Of a stretch of 64,000 nucleotides of DNA, positions 26,730-40,595 are shown piece by piece. Position 1 is the first letter of the stretch. The number at the start of each line of letters is the position of its first letter. Source of the stretch: Octopus bimaculoides (Eukaryota); the NCBI RefSeq assembly GCF_001194135.2, contig NC_068981.1, positions 98,145,080-98,209,079 of the forward strand, written 5' to 3'. The notes under the pieces are model-generated. The model searched no databases. It saw only the letters and a list, made by a program, of their open reading frames with translations, and was not told where the DNA came from. A program made the translations under genes and the position numbers.

Positions 26730-27450
26730 AAAAAGGAAGAGACTTACTATTACATTGGAGTAGAAATTTGACGCAATAGAATGCCATACATGTGGCAATA
26801 GCAATTCGAAAATTGGCAGAGGTCTTGGTATGCATGAATCAACTGTCCAAAATATAAAACATGCAGCTGAAATAAAAAGATAAATTAGCATCAGCATTTT
26901 GTGGCTTGTAAACAGCTATAAGGAATGGCTGAAAATGGAAAATCTTTATTGCTGTATGGACTGAGGATTGTAATCAAAAATGTATTCTGATTTCTGAAGC
27001 TACAATTCAAGCAAAATCTTTGAGGATATTTACAGCCATGAAAAATGATATAAGTCAATTCAACACCAAAGAATACTTAAAGCAAGAGCTGACAGATTTG
27101 AAAGATTTAAGATTAGAATTCAGTTACACAATGCAAAAATTCTGTGGGGAACCAATCAGTGCTGAAAAAGCAGCTGCAACAAAGTATCTGGCTTTTATTA
27201 TATTTTTTTTAAGGAAATAGTTGAAAAAGAAATACTGAACAACAAATATCTAACATAAACAGAATTAGATCATTTTGGAAAAGAATGTCAAAGAAGTTAT
27301 ATTTCTAAAAATTAAAAATCTTAACCGAAATAAAAAGTTAGTAACAATCATTTAATTCTTTTATTCAGAGGAAATGCAGGTGAAGGCTTCAAGTTAAACC
27401 CATTGGATTTATATCATTCGGCGAATCCAAGGTTTCTAAAAGGTTACAAC
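26730..27450 (+). mobile_element. Tigger/pogo (CENP-B-like) transposase fossil
   Basis: RKRLTITLE*KFDAI…GLGMHESTVQNIK (HTH), WTEDCNQK…IQAKSL, GEPISAEKAAA, FWKRM, and a degenerate GNA.G.FKLKP…YHSANPR motif. Confidence 0.8.
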
Positions 27451-27984
27451 CATTGATCACTTCCTGTAAATTCTATATATTCTATATATAAGTAGTTGGT
27501 ATATCTGTGTGCAACAGCAAGTTGTCAGAAACATATCAATGAGAACAGCCTTCCTCATTCATTGACTTTTATGATTTTTTACGATCATGTAATATTTTTC
27601 TGTATAATATCACAGAACCTGATTTGGCCGTGTGTGTGTGTGTGTGTGCGTGTGTGTGCGCACGCACGCATTCACATGTTCATATATCACATACATACAG
27701 CAATGCTTCAATTAGTACAAACAATTCATCCTATAAAAACCTCCACATGTAGTGAATTCAAAATTATTATGGTATATGAAATATGAAAATTGATTCCAAC
27801 CCAATGAAAATGTGCAATAAAAATTTTAAGAATCAGTTTTCAATTGCTTTTTTTAATTTACTAAAATAACAACGGACCATAAAAATGTATTTATCTAATA
27901 ATTTATTTTTATTATACAGTACAAACTATGCAATAAAGTACATTATATTTTGGAAAACAAAATTTTAAAATTCATGGAAACATT

Positions 27985-28560
27985 TACAAAGCACAGTCGC
28001 CAGAATAAGAATAGGATAGAAAAAGTTAACAGTGTTATTACCTAGTTGGAAGTAAAGGGATTGTTTTCAATCGAAGGATAGATTGTACATTTTTGTTCAC
28101 CAAATGCAATGCTGCATGAGATTGAAACATAAATATTGAATGCAGAGGATGTGCAAAGACAGGAGAGGAATGAAGCAAGTATTCTGGAAGCAAGCATTGT
28201 CAGCTGAATGTGCAATATTAGTGCACATAAGTGTCATAGTACAGATGAATTGAGAAAAACTGAGAGTATAAGGAATCAGATAATGTGTGCAAAAGTGACA
28301 ACTGTATTGATATGGCTCTAAAATACATATGGATGATAACAGATGGGTGAAGTGGTCCAAGAGATCCAAGTGGAAGGAAACAGTGGAAGATGATGGCCAA
28401 GAAAGACATGGGTAGAAGTGGTGGAATTTGATTTCAAGAGACACAGAAACTGACAACCAAAAAAAAAAAAAAAAAAAGTGGCAAGACACTGTGTTGGATG
28501 GGATCCACCAAACCCATGAAAGCATAGAAAAGCAGATATCATCATAAACATCATGAGAAG
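27985..28560 (+). mobile_element. RTE LINE ORF C-terminal remnant
   Basis: ARIRIG*KKL…EGRLY…MLHEIET…ERNEASIL…VEGNSGR*WPRKTWVEVVEFD. Confidence 0.75.
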
Positions 28561-29229
28561 AAGGAAGAAAATAGAACAGAATGCTAGCATGGCAATAGAA
28601 ATCAGATTATTTTTAAGCATTTGAACAAGCAGACAATAATGAAGATGACAATCAACAGATAAATTATCTTTATCAAGGACATATGTAAATATATCCTTGA
28701 TGAAATATTTATGTGTATGTATATAAATATGAGAATATAGTTGGAAACGTAGAAACATTAAATGAAATTCTAATGAATGGTAATCCAACTAGGAATGCAG
28801 CATTAAAGTTTACTTAGGTTCTGACAAAGTTTGCCTACATTACAAGTATATATANNNNNNNNNNNNNNNNNNNNNNNNNNNNNNNNNNNNNNNNNNNNNN
28901 NNNNNNNNNNNNNNNNNNNNNNNNNNNNNNNNNNNNNNNNNNNNNNNNNNNNNNNNNNNNNNNNNNNNNNNNNNNNNNNNNNNNNNNNNNNNNNNNNNNN
29001 NNNNNNNNNNNNNNNNNNNNNNNNNNNNNNNNNNNNNNNNNNNNNNNNNNNNNNNNNNNNNNNNNNNNNNTCCGTCTTTTCTATTGGACTTTCCTGTCTC
29101 CTGTTTCCAAAGAAGAGCTTTGCTTGAAACATAAAACCACATTTCTTTCCTTCCTTGAGCGCCTGCTAATACTTGTACCATGTCCTCGTGTTGTTGTTTT
29201 TTTGTGTTTGTTCTTCGTTTTTAGGGATT

Positions 29230-29277
<48 letters not shown>

Positions 29278-29976
29278 TGTATGGAAAATTTGAAGAAAGA
29301 CAAGTTTGAAGCAATATGCACTGTTTAATCGTTTAAAACAAAACAATAATAAACAACACTAATGATAATACAATACTTTCTTTTGCTATGTTCGCATTCA
29401 GAATTTGCTTACAATTACACATTCTTCTGAGTAGTTATATTTTTGGGGAAGTTTTAAAATTTCATTTTCCAAAATAATGTATTTTTATTGCATTGTTTAT
29501 GTTATATAATTTTAAAAATTATATACAATTTTATACACTTTATCATATTTAATCATATTAGAAAACAATACTAAAATCTGTTTCTTACAACTTTTATTGC
29601 ACATTTTCATTGGGCTACAACCAATTTTGTTCATCTGCAAGCAAGGTAGTAGATAGATAAGTTTGTAGAACTAGTTTATACATTTTATAAACTGAGACAA
29701 TTTTGAAAAGTACAATTTCACTATGAATGTTTAATAGCATTATATAACCATGCTCTTTTAGGCAGTTATGTGCATATGTTCACATTCACACTTAACAGTT
29801 GATTACAATATAAATAAATCTTAATATTATTGTAAAGTCTTTCTTTATCCCACTCAGTGTGAATATTCATAATGCAAATGAACAATACTGAGCAATATTA
29901 TCACTAGGATGTGCTTACATACCTTTGTTAGGTGTTTGATTCATAAGTGTCTTGTTTAATGCATGTTTCAACATTA

Positions 29977-31256
29977 TATTGGGTTGTCCGGAAAGTTCAT
30001 GCCGATTTTTAAAAGAAAGTAAAAGGTCAATAAACACTTGCCATTACATTTTTAATCAACCAAATATGAACCATTTTGTTGCACAATGTGTCTCCATCTT
30101 TCTTTTAACTTGAAAATACCCTCTTCCCAGAATTGAGGTGGTTTCATGGCAAAGAATTCATCAAGGTATCTTTTTACGTCATCCAAGGAATTGAAATTTC
30201 CTTTAAGACTATTCTACAGACTATTCTGCAGAGACCTGAATAAGTGGAAATCCGAAGGAGCAATATCTGGTGAATATGTAGGGTGGGGTAACACATCCCA
30301 GCCAAGCTGCAGCAATTTTTGTCTGGTTCCCAAAGAAACGTGCGGTCTTGCATTATGATGTTGGAAAACAACACCCTTCCTGTTGACCAATTCTGGACGT
30401 TTCTCTTGAATTGCTGCTTTTAACTTGTCCAGTTGTGTGCTGTATTTCTCAGAATTTATTGTCTGATTACTTGGGAGAAGCTCATAGTACAGAATTCCTT
30501 TCCAATCCCACCAGACACAAAGTAAGACTTTTTTAGGGTGAAGACCCGCTTTTGGGGTGGCTAAGGGTGGCTCATGTCGCTTATTCCAGGATCGCTTTCT
30601 CTGAACATTTCGGTAGATAATCCATTTCTCATCACCTGTCACAATTTGCTTTAAAAAAGGCGTGTTTTCATTCTGTTTATAAAGCAAATCACAGATGGAA
30701 ATGCAATCCAAAAGGTTCTTCTCACTCAACTCATGTGATACCCAAACACTGTAGCGATTTGTGTACCCAAGCTTTACCAGGTACTCATGAATGATGGATT
30801 TTGATAGGTTGAGGCTTTCTGCCAATTCTCTGGTTGTGCAATGTGGGTTATTCTCAATTAATGACTTGATTTGGCCATCATCTGTAGTGTATGGTCTGCT
30901 TGATTGCTCTTTATCAATAAGGCTACAATCTCCAGCTCGGAACATTGCGAACCACTTCCATACAGTTCTTTCAGATAAAGAAACATCACCATAAACTGTG
31001 CATATTTCTTTGGTCGCTTGTGAGGCAAAAGAAAAGTATCAAGTGCCGAAAATGAACTTTCTTATCTTCCATTTTAAAGGGTTACAGAATTAACACAGGT
31101 TATAGGAACATAAACCTTCTTCCACGAAAAGATAGCTTAAATTGTGCTCTAAATGGAGGTGTAGTCAAATCCTATTTTATGGACTCAACCATGTTCTAAA
31201 ATAAGTTGAAAGGTAAGCTACTATAAATTGGCATGAACTTTCCGGACAACCCAATA
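29977..31256 (-). mobile_element. Full-length mariner (DD34D) transposon, inactivated; transposase 31072-30052
   Basis: Perfect 27-bp inverted ends including TA (tattgggttgtccggaaagttcatgcc). Motifs WVSHEL, TGDEKW, HHNARPH, YSPDIAPSDF with 34-residue spacing. N-terminal frameshift, second catalytic D replaced by H, and a 12-bp duplication creating TAG at 30214. Confidence 0.97.
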
Positions 31257-31614
31257 CTAAGCTAACCAGTGACATTTTCCACATAATTACAGTAAAGGGG
31301 TAAAAACGTCTACATGCCCTACTAGGCTATGTCTATCAATACACTGTAATAGTACCCCTGTGGGCTCCACCCAACATTGAGACAGCCACAAATAATTTTT
31401 ATTTTTAAATTGGGGAAGAGTTGACCTAGGCTATACCTGAGAACTAGGACTTACAACCAAGGATATACCCTATGGAGATACTGAACCACCATTTTCAAAA
31501 TCAAAACAGATTTCAAATTCTGAAGCGTGCCTCATTCCAAGGGTATCAGATAAGAGATTATGTAGCAATATTACAAAGTGCACACATATGTATTTAAGAT
31601 ATAGTTTAAAAAAA

Positions 31615-31857
31615 AAAGTGATGGCTTGTTGCCAACTTAAGCTACTCCATACTGATGAAGAGCAACTATCCTGAAACTAGTCTCTGGATGCTGGCTTTGT
31701 TGGATGAGGTGCTTATCTCCCCTGTTTGAAAACTTAAGGACACAGAATACTTGTGTCATGTAGCCAACACAAAACAGTGTTCCTTGGGGCTAAATAACAG
31801 TAGCATTCTTCCCTTTCTTGGGACTGCTATATTAAGTTGGCAACAAGCCATCACTTT
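31615..31857 (+). mobile_element. 243-bp element with perfect 26-bp inverted ends, possibly Penelope-like and non-autonomous
   Basis: aaagtgatggcttgttgccaacttaa (31615-31640) is the exact reverse complement of 31832-31857; contains a hammerhead motif. Confidence 0.55.
31646..31688 (+). ncRNA. Minimal type-I hammerhead ribozyme motif
   Basis: tccata-CTGATGA-agagcaactatcct-GAAA-ctag-TC-tctgga. Conserved core and GUC triplet; stem I 5/6 paired; imperfect stem II; palindromic ACTAGT stem III. Confidence 0.55.
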
Positions 31858-32539
31858 ATCGTACTGCTACTGCATAACTCTCTCAGAGAGATTTAGAAAT
31901 GCAATATTTCTAATAAGTTTTGAAATAGTTATCTTTTATCCTTTAGTTGTTTCAGTCAAGCAAAATGACTCCAGGATTACTTTTCCTTTTTTTTTTTTTT
32001 TTTTTTTTTGAGCCTAGTACTTACTCTGTCAGCTTCTTTTGCCAAACCACTAAGTTATGGGAACATAAACACACCAAGAATGGTTGTCAAGTGCTGGTGG
32101 AGGACAAACACAGACACAAACATACACACACACAAATAAATAAATAAATAAATATGAACTTCTTTCAGTTTCTGTCCACCACATCCACTCACAAGGCTTT
32201 GGTCAGCCTAAGGCTATAGTAAGATGACACTTGTCCAAGGTGCCGTGCAATGGGACTGAACCCAGAGCCATGTGGTTGAGAAGCAAATTTTTACCACACA
32301 ACCATGCCTGTTCCTATAGCTGGTGATTGCAATGTGGAAGGCATAAGTTAGCCTTAGAGAAACGCACAAAGTCCATCAACTTTACTTAAAACATTTGTTT
32401 GTAATATGGTCTTGAAATGTTTGTCACTTGAAACTCTGACTTGTCCACTGACAAAAAACTCTGCAGCAGAATGTTTTGTCAATGAATAGGTTGCAGTTTC
32501 AAGCAACCAAAATTTTGATACTGTATTACAAATAAATGT

Positions 32540-32748
32540 TCAACCCTTTAGCATTTAAATCAGCCCCATCTGTTTTATCTTTAAACCGACCAAATCCAGG
32601 CTCTCACACCTACCCTACATTGTTATTCTACATTAAACATTCACATCATCAAAATCTCAAAGATATGAGATAATATATGATTAATTGAAAACAATGTAAT
32701 TCAAAAAGCATTATGTTTGATAGAATAATCTGAACACTAAAGGGTTAA
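32540..32748. mobile_element. piggyBac-type MITE, copy 1
   Basis: CCCTTTAGCATTTAAA…CTAAAGGG-TTAA; body homologous to copies at 40367 and 60245. Confidence 0.75.
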
Positions 32749-34075
32749 GTAGAGTTGATGGTCTTTGTGTGTTTCTGAATGGCTAACTTATGTCTATTAT
32801 GCTGCAGTCGCTTGAGTTTCAGTACACAATCTCAGATCAAAACACTTTTTAAAATAGCAAAAATATGATAAAATACATATTTTTCATGGTTTATCTGTAT
32901 TTTATTCTCATTTTCAATATATTTAAGTACAACAAGTATATTTATTACCATTATTGATGACAAACCTATATATGTAATAAAATCCTTTTATAAAGTTCTA
33001 TGTTGTCAATAAATAAAATATCAGGTTTTGATATCTCTGTTGTCATTTACAACAGCTGTAATAAAAAAAAAGTTTTATCAAGTCATTTGTAATTCAGAAT
33101 AAGTATTTTTTTAAAGACTCAAAATTAAATAAAGCCAGACTACTGTTTGTTATTACTCTCAGCATTTCCCCCACTTCAGCCAATCTTGATAGGAATCCAT
33201 ATTTTGTTTCAGTTTCCTACCAGCTGCCAGCGGTTATCAAGGTATCAGTAAACAATGCGAATGTACAGGTAACACACGTTTGTCTTTAGCTCAAAAACAA
33301 CAAAGTCTAACACTTCAGTCACACCAAACTTTGTTTAAAAAATCTATTCCAAGAGAGTTGAGAAAAAATAAAACTTTAATAAACACTACTATAGCACTTT
33401 TTATAACAGTAACCATTTAATAGCTGTTGCTATTACAAGTGGGATAATCATTTCTTAAAAAATGAGGTGGGATCAGAAATTTGAATTCACTTCTTTTTTT
33501 TTTTTTTGTTTACTTACTGCAAAGTTCTTATAGTCTCTAGTTGGTGGTAATCATGTATAGCATTATATCATTCATTTTAGAGATTATCAGTACGAATTAA
33601 CCTGTGACTCATTAATTAAACATTATTTTACAAAGTGAAACATTTCACTAAAGGTGAAAATAATTACAATCTGAAAGAAATTCATGAAATATGTCATAAT
33701 ATTTCTTTTCTTCATGGAATGTTAGTAGTTCAGGAATTGAGAGAAGAGAGAATGTTCTTAGTATTTACATACAGAATAACAATTGTTTCTAGAGGAATTC
33801 TATCTTGTGAAAATGTCTTATAGAACACAAACAATTTCAGTTTCAGCTACAACAAATCTACAAGCCATATTCTGATATATTCTTTGAAGTGTAGACAACT
33901 GCTTCAATCAATTACATCCTATTAGTAATCCATCATGTATATAGTCAAACAGGGATTTATTCATAAACACACATGCCTTGGCCATTGTTAACAGTTCAAA
34001 ATGGATTCTTTTGAAATAGCAATATTGATTTCTTGTACATATAAAAGAAACAAAACTGTTTAGTAATACTCATAC

Positions 34076-34302
34076 CTTTCTTGATGACATAAGCAAGACC
34101 TCTCCATTCAACTGGCATGACCCAGAGACAAATCAAGGCAAGATATCTAGTATCAATATAAGTCAGACTCAAGAATGGGTGCCGAAGATCCCCAAATCAG
34201 CCAAAAGTCATTCTCTACACAAGGCTAGTTATATCAGAGTAACCTCAGATATGCTTTAATGAAAGCTATGAGGTTCCTCACTCCCAATGGTTATACAATG
34301 CA
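34076..34302 (-). other. Candidate exon ending MPVEWRGLAYVIKK (ATG 34118, phase 1)
   Basis: Donor aag|gtatga at 34075; possible acceptor ttttatatctag| at 34303; non-repetitive sequence. Confidence 0.3.
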
Positions 34303-36113
34303 CTAGATATAAAACTGGAATTTTTAGTCTCTGCACATTTGCTGCTTAGACAAGTATTGTTTTTTGTCCTGCTGAGTTCTCATCAAATTAACCTGGTGGC
34401 AGTTGTGCTAATTTAGTTATCAACAACTTGACTGTGCAACAGGTTGTACTGAAGATATGCAATACTAGTTTACAAAAAGTATCAGTAATGATGGAAATGG
34501 AAACCCATTTTGGAAGAAATGATTTCTGTTCCTTACACTTTGTAAAGCAATGTTTAACTATCAGAATATCCTTAGCAGTGGAGCGAGGCATGAAAATGAA
34601 TTGAAGTAGTAAAATATTTTATCACAACAAATAAAAATTAAAACAAGTCAATACATTTTCCAAAATTAAGCATACAGAAATTTTAATAAAGGACAAATAC
34701 AGTTTCATGTTAAAATTAAACTACTTTTGTTCACTATTTCACAAGGTACCTTGATCCAAAAAAATTCAGCTGGCATATATAGAGGGCCGAGATTCACAAA
34801 AAAAAGGGGGAGAAGTAACACTGCAAACTCTTGTTCAACCATGCCAACACCCTACAACTGAATATACAATCACTACTTATACACTGCAATAACATCACAG
34901 TAGCATGGCAGAAAGTAGGAGACCATAGCAAGTTGTAAGCATGAAGATGAAAATGTATAAGAATATCAAAAGATGGAAAGCTTTGACTAATGGCACAGTA
35001 AACTTACAAAATTACAAAATTCTAACCCTGTAGTCAAAGGAAAATGTCCAAAGATGCTAGTGAATCAATTGGAGTAATATTTAGATATAGATATAGAACT
35101 CATGAGATTTATTAGTAATTAAGTAAACATTGTGAAAGCTACTAGCAACCTCATGTGAATATTCTTGGGGACCTAAATTACTGGTTATAATTTAACATGA
35201 AGAACAAGTGATTTTAGCTGTAAGAAACTGAAATGGTCCCAAATTTAGCAATTTTGCAATCCATGATGTGACAACTGAATTTGGGTTTTAGTTATTTTTA
35301 AAATAATGAACAAAACAAAAAAAGCAACATATTGGAGTAAAATTTCATCATTATTCTCATGACTAAACATTAACAAAGAGTATGTAGTATATTACAAAGA
35401 AAAACTATACCAAAACTGCTCAATAAGTATTCTTATTCTATATCTTTATTTTATGAGTAAAATATTTTTTTTAAAAAAAGGCTTAATTTAATAGCTATTG
35501 CAAGGGAAAGGTGAGGGATATAAAAATGGTATAGAATAATAATATTTCTATAACACTATTACTGGCTTTGGCTTACAACAAAGTTAGTTATTAATGACAA
35601 GTGACCCATGACTTTGTACAATTATTGTTTGGGCACGAGTTCCCCTTTATAGCAATTGAGTTAGCAGAATAAACTAAACAACATTTAAGCAAAACCTACA
35701 GCCTCATTTAAAGTATAGAGCATTCTTGCTACAACTACCATCATGGAAAAGAAGAAAGGACTTTCATAGATGCAATGTAGAGTGTATAATAAGACAAGTT
35801 TAAAGTGTTAAGTTGGAGAAAGCAGAGTACATTAAGAAGAGATGGAGGAAATATGGGAAACAGAGAGAAAGGAAGGAAAAGAGAATAGAGAAGGAAACAG
35901 GGAGGAAAGGAGAAATGGGGGAAAAAAGAAAGTGGAAGAAAAGAAGTAGAAAATATAGAAGTGAGAACTGAGTGGAAGGATGAGAGGGAAAATTGTAAAG
36001 AGAAAGAAGAATGGTGAGGAAGTAACAAAAAAAAGAAAGTGGGAGAGGGTAAAAGTGAATGAAAAAAGGAGAAAGAAAGACAGGAAAAAGTATCTATGTG
36101 TACACACATACAC

Positions 36114-36164
<51 letters not shown>

Positions 36165-37699
36165 TCAATAGGGAGAGAAGAGGAAGAAAGAGAGGAGAAA
36201 AATCTTGTTAATTGCCACACACATAATGTTATCTCACAGATCTATAATATAAGCTGGTATTTTGTACAGGAACCTGTCTCTTCTCAATATTTAAAATAGG
36301 ATTCATATTCCTTCATATTCAACTGTTGAAGCTACAGATTGAAAGGAAAGCTAAGTTTGAAACCATTAAAAAGAATCCTGAACAAATCAGTGGCAGGTTG
36401 CTACTTTTAGCCATGTATAAAGAGAGAAAGGTTTTCATGACTGATTCTTGGCCATATTATGAAAGGTAGAATGAAAACACAAAGCATGCCGAACAGACCT
36501 GCACAGGATTAAAAATGGTCTCAGAACTGTTGACATGAGATTAAAAAGTGTTTATACATGACTTTTAGTATGGCATACAATCTAAATCTTAGAAAAATAA
36601 GACCCATAATGAAGACAAGGAGTAATGACAGGTAAACCGGTGATCAAAGGATGAAATTCAAATAAAACAATGAGAAAATTTTTCAGACAAGCTCTGCAGT
36701 TAGCAGACTGAAGATATGCAGGGCAGCTAGTTTTATGAGTTGGTTTTAGTTGATTATATCAGCACCCAGTATTTCATCTGGTAATTATTAACCGCAGACA
36801 TACACACATGCACACAATGGGCTTCCTAACAGTTTCCATCAGCAAAATTTCCTTCATAACACTTTAGTCAAATCAGGGTTGTGGTACAAAAGCAAGAGCG
36901 TTGCACAGATCAATGTGGTTGGCTGTAAAGCAACTTGCCAAATCGTGCACCATACTATTTTCAATTTTGCATTTGTAAGGTAGCAAGCTGGTAGAATCAT
37001 TAGCACACCAGGCAAAATGCTTGTGTTTACATTCTGAGTTCAAATTCTGCCAAGGTCGACTTTACTTTTCATCCTTTTGGGGTCAATAAGATAAGTACCA
37101 ATTGAGTCGTAGGGTCAATGTAATAAATTTACCCCCCTCCCCCGAAATTGCTGGCCTTGTGCAAAAATTTGAAACCAATATTTTGCATTTGCTTTCCTTG
37201 CTGTAGTAGCAATACACAAACCACAAGACAACTGCTGCCCAACTTTAACCACTTGATCAAAACATTTTGTTGTAATAAGTTTAGAGTAACACAATACCAA
37301 TACACAAAACAAAAACAAACTACTTACAGCAGATTTATAAAATATTTATAATGAAAGGGAATTGTTATATCAAAAGCTTTCAGCACATGTTCATTGACAA
37401 ATGCACGTTACAAACATTAGAAATTTTAATTAACTAAATAGACACCAGCTTTAAGAAAGTGATATTTCATAATATATACACAATGGTAAAAAATCAATAA
37501 ACATACTCAATAACATATCAAAGAATAAGACTTTCACTATCCAGACAAAAATATTATGCAGGTGCTAAATCATTAGCAACCAGTTTTTGTATTGCAATCA
37601 GGTCTAATAAACTTTCATGCTGCCCAAAGTTTGTTTCAGACATGACAAACTAAGTAAAATCGCAGACATCCATACATACATACAGGCATGTCCTTTATG

Positions 37700-38110
37700 G
37701 CCATGCCCCCACTCCCTCTTCCAGCTGAGCGGTCTTTGTCTTGCAGGTGCCAGTGCCTCATAAAATGCACTTGTGCCAGTGTCATGCAAAATGCACTTAT
37801 GTTGATACTATGTAAAATGCACTCATGAAAGTGCTATGCAAAATGTGCACATACCAATGCTATGTAAAACGCACTCATGCTGGTGCTACATAAAATGCAC
37901 TCGTGCTGGTGCTATGTAAGATGCACTCACGCCAGTGACATGTAAAAAGCACCCAGCACACTCTGTAAAGTGGTTGGCATTAGGAAGGGCATCCAGCTGT
38001 AGAAACCATGCCAAAACAGACATGAAGCCTGAGTGGCTCTTCAACTGGCCAACTCCTGTCAAACCATCCAACCCATGCCAGCATGGAAAACAGACATTAA
38101 ATGATGATGA
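37700..38110 (+). mobile_element. RTE-type 3' tail containing about 8 copies of a 26-bp minisatellite
   Basis: Unit about atgtaaaatgcactcatgctggtgct (37755-37960), followed by gtggttggcattaggaagggcatccagctgtagaaa…ccaacccatgccagcatggaaa…(tga)n, shared with the RTE tail. Confidence 0.8.
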
Positions 38111-38129
38111 TATATTTATTCAATTGAAT

Positions 38130-38700
38130 GAATTCACTACCAAAAGCTGAAAAGCAGGAATGAGAATTTGTGTTGCATAGACTGATACAGTGGTCCTCAA
38201 TAAAGTCTTCTCAGTGCACTCTGCATGTAAACGGAACATCACTGAGACAAGTGGAGAAGTTTAAGTATCTCAAGGTCATATTCGTCAGTGATGAAATACA
38301 GGAGGTTGAATTGGATGTTAGAATTGCCAGTGCTGGCACAGTAATGCACCAGCATCAGCATTCAATCCTCAGAGGAGGAGAGGTTGGTAAAAAAAAACCA
38401 AATTTGCTATCTTTGATTTGATTTTCATACTTATCCTCACCTAAGATCACGGTAGTTGTATAACAACCAAACGTACGATTTTGAATACAAGCAACTGAAA
38501 TAGAGTTCTTTCAAAGGATCTCTAGAGTAACATTAGTTAACAGGGTGCATAGCTCAGAGATTAGGGAGTCTCTCCAAGTCAAACTGTTATCCATAATCTC
38601 AGTCGGTCATGCTTGGGAATCCAACTGGAAAGTCTGAAAAGGGTTGCTTCTGACAGGACCCTATAGAGGAAGTGTATAACTCTACCCCAACAACCAACCC
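38130..38700 (+). mobile_element. RTE (Expander/REX3-like) LINE RT C-terminal remnant
   Basis: LRQVEKFKYLKVIF…ELDVRIASAG…IQATEIEFFQRISRVTL.NRVHSSEIRESL. Confidence 0.8.
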
Positions 38701-40103
38701 AGGAGTAGGGGATGGAGAGGATGGATGGATGAACAACGAATTGAAGTGGCATGTAAACAAATATAAGTTGGGCATACTACTTTTTATGAGTACAAGTATG
38801 GCTGTGTGGTTAAGAAGCTTGCTTTGCAACCATATGGTTTCAAGTTCAGTCTCACTGTGCAGCACTTTGAGTAAAATGTCTTTTATTATAGCCCCAGGCT
38901 GACTGATGCTGTGTGAGTGGATCTGGTAGATAGAAACTGTGTGGAAGCCTGTTGTGTGTATGTATGTATGTGTCTATGTTTGCCTTCCATACCACTGTTA
39001 AACAACCAATGTTGATTTGGTTACATCTCCCATAACTTAGCAGTTCAGCAAAAGAGATTGATACAATAAGTATCAGACTTTAAAAAAAATAAGTACTAGG
39101 GTTGATTTGCTCAGCTGAACTCTTCAAGTTGATGCCCCAGCATGGCAGCAGTCCAATGACTAAAACAAGTAAAAGATAAAATGATAAAAGACATAGAGTT
39201 TGAAAATTTCATATCAAAAAAACGTCAGTTGTTATTGATTTACTTATGTCTTATAACCTTTATGAACACTAGAAATACATAAATAGAGCTAAAATATCCA
39301 AGATTATGATCTAAAAATAACTATATTGTCAGTTTTGTGATCCAGAGTAAAGAAAGAAAAAAATATTTTTCCAGAGAATTTGTTCACTGCAAGTTTAAAA
39401 ACAGAATCCAAGCTATATACTTAACAGAATTCACTTTCCAAGCATATATGATATGTATACTTGTTATTCAATTTTAGAATCTATGTTAAAAATCACCAAA
39501 ATACAGCAATGATGAGATAACATTAGGTGGCAATGAGGAAATTTTCTGTTTCTTTTCAAAATTACTAAAGTGTAAGGCAAGAGGTAAACTTGAACAAAAG
39601 TGCTTTCTTTACTCAAAGGTTACATTGTAAGGACAAAACATTCTTCTATTCAACACTCAAGACTCAAAAGAAAACAAAATACATTCACTGTGTATGTCCT
39701 TTTGACTTCTGTGGTTTTTCCTGTTTTTGTTTTTATTTTTGATTTGTGTATATTAAGGGTAAAGAGTAAAGGCCCCCTTTGGTAATGAATAACCATGGGA
39801 TTACACCTAGAAAGTTACCTTCCAAGACACAAGTCCAGGCATGGTTGCTTATGAAAGACCAGCAGTTGCCCATGCATAACAGTCTCCCCTCCCAGCACCA
39901 CCAATGTTATCCAAGGGAAAGGCAAAGGTCAATACAGCTTGGCACCAATGACATTGCAATTCATTTCTGCAGCTGAGTGAACTGGAGTCACATGAAATAA
40001 AGTGTCTTGCTAAAGAACACAACACATAGCCTGATCTCCAGGAATTGAATTCACTACCTCATGATTGTGAGCCCGATGTACTAAACACTGACCCATTGCA
40101 TTG

Positions 40104-40151
<48 letters not shown>

Positions 40152-40366
40152 GTTGGCATTTGTAACATAATAAAAAGTTCATATTCAGAATTATGATGAA
40201 ATTTATTTAGATATAAAAACTTCCAAGCAGGTGGCTTTGCATTCTGGAAATGCAGTGACTCAGATCCATAATCAGTAAAGAAAAGATTTAACCTTAATTT
40301 ATATAAGTGAGAGAAGAAGCGCCTATATGAAACCATGGTAAAATGTTATTGTAAAATATGCTTAAT

Positions 40367-40595
40367 TTAACCCTTTAGCATTTAAACTGACCATATCCAG
40401 CCAAAATATTCTGCCTCTTTTTATGTTCAAACTGATCAGATCCAACATCTTACATGCACCCAATAATGTCATTCTAAAAATAAACAATTACATCATTAAA
40501 ATCTCAGAGCTATGAGATAATTGATGATTAATTCAAAACAATGTGAATAAATAAGTGTTATATTTGACAAAACAATGTGAATGCTAAAGAGTTAA
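40367..40595. mobile_element. piggyBac-type MITE, copy 2
   Basis: TTAA-CCCTTTAGCATT…AATGCTAAAGAG-TTAA. Confidence 0.8.

Noticed and set aside
30212-30218. Amber stop in the mariner that editing could recode
   Set aside because: The upstream frameshift and catalytic D-to-H change already inactivate the transposase.
37755-37960. 26-bp array resembling CRISPR repeats (also the 62-bp array at 15690-15930)
   Set aside because: Units are contiguous with no unique spacers, there are no cas genes, and the arrays sit in retroelement tails of a eukaryote.
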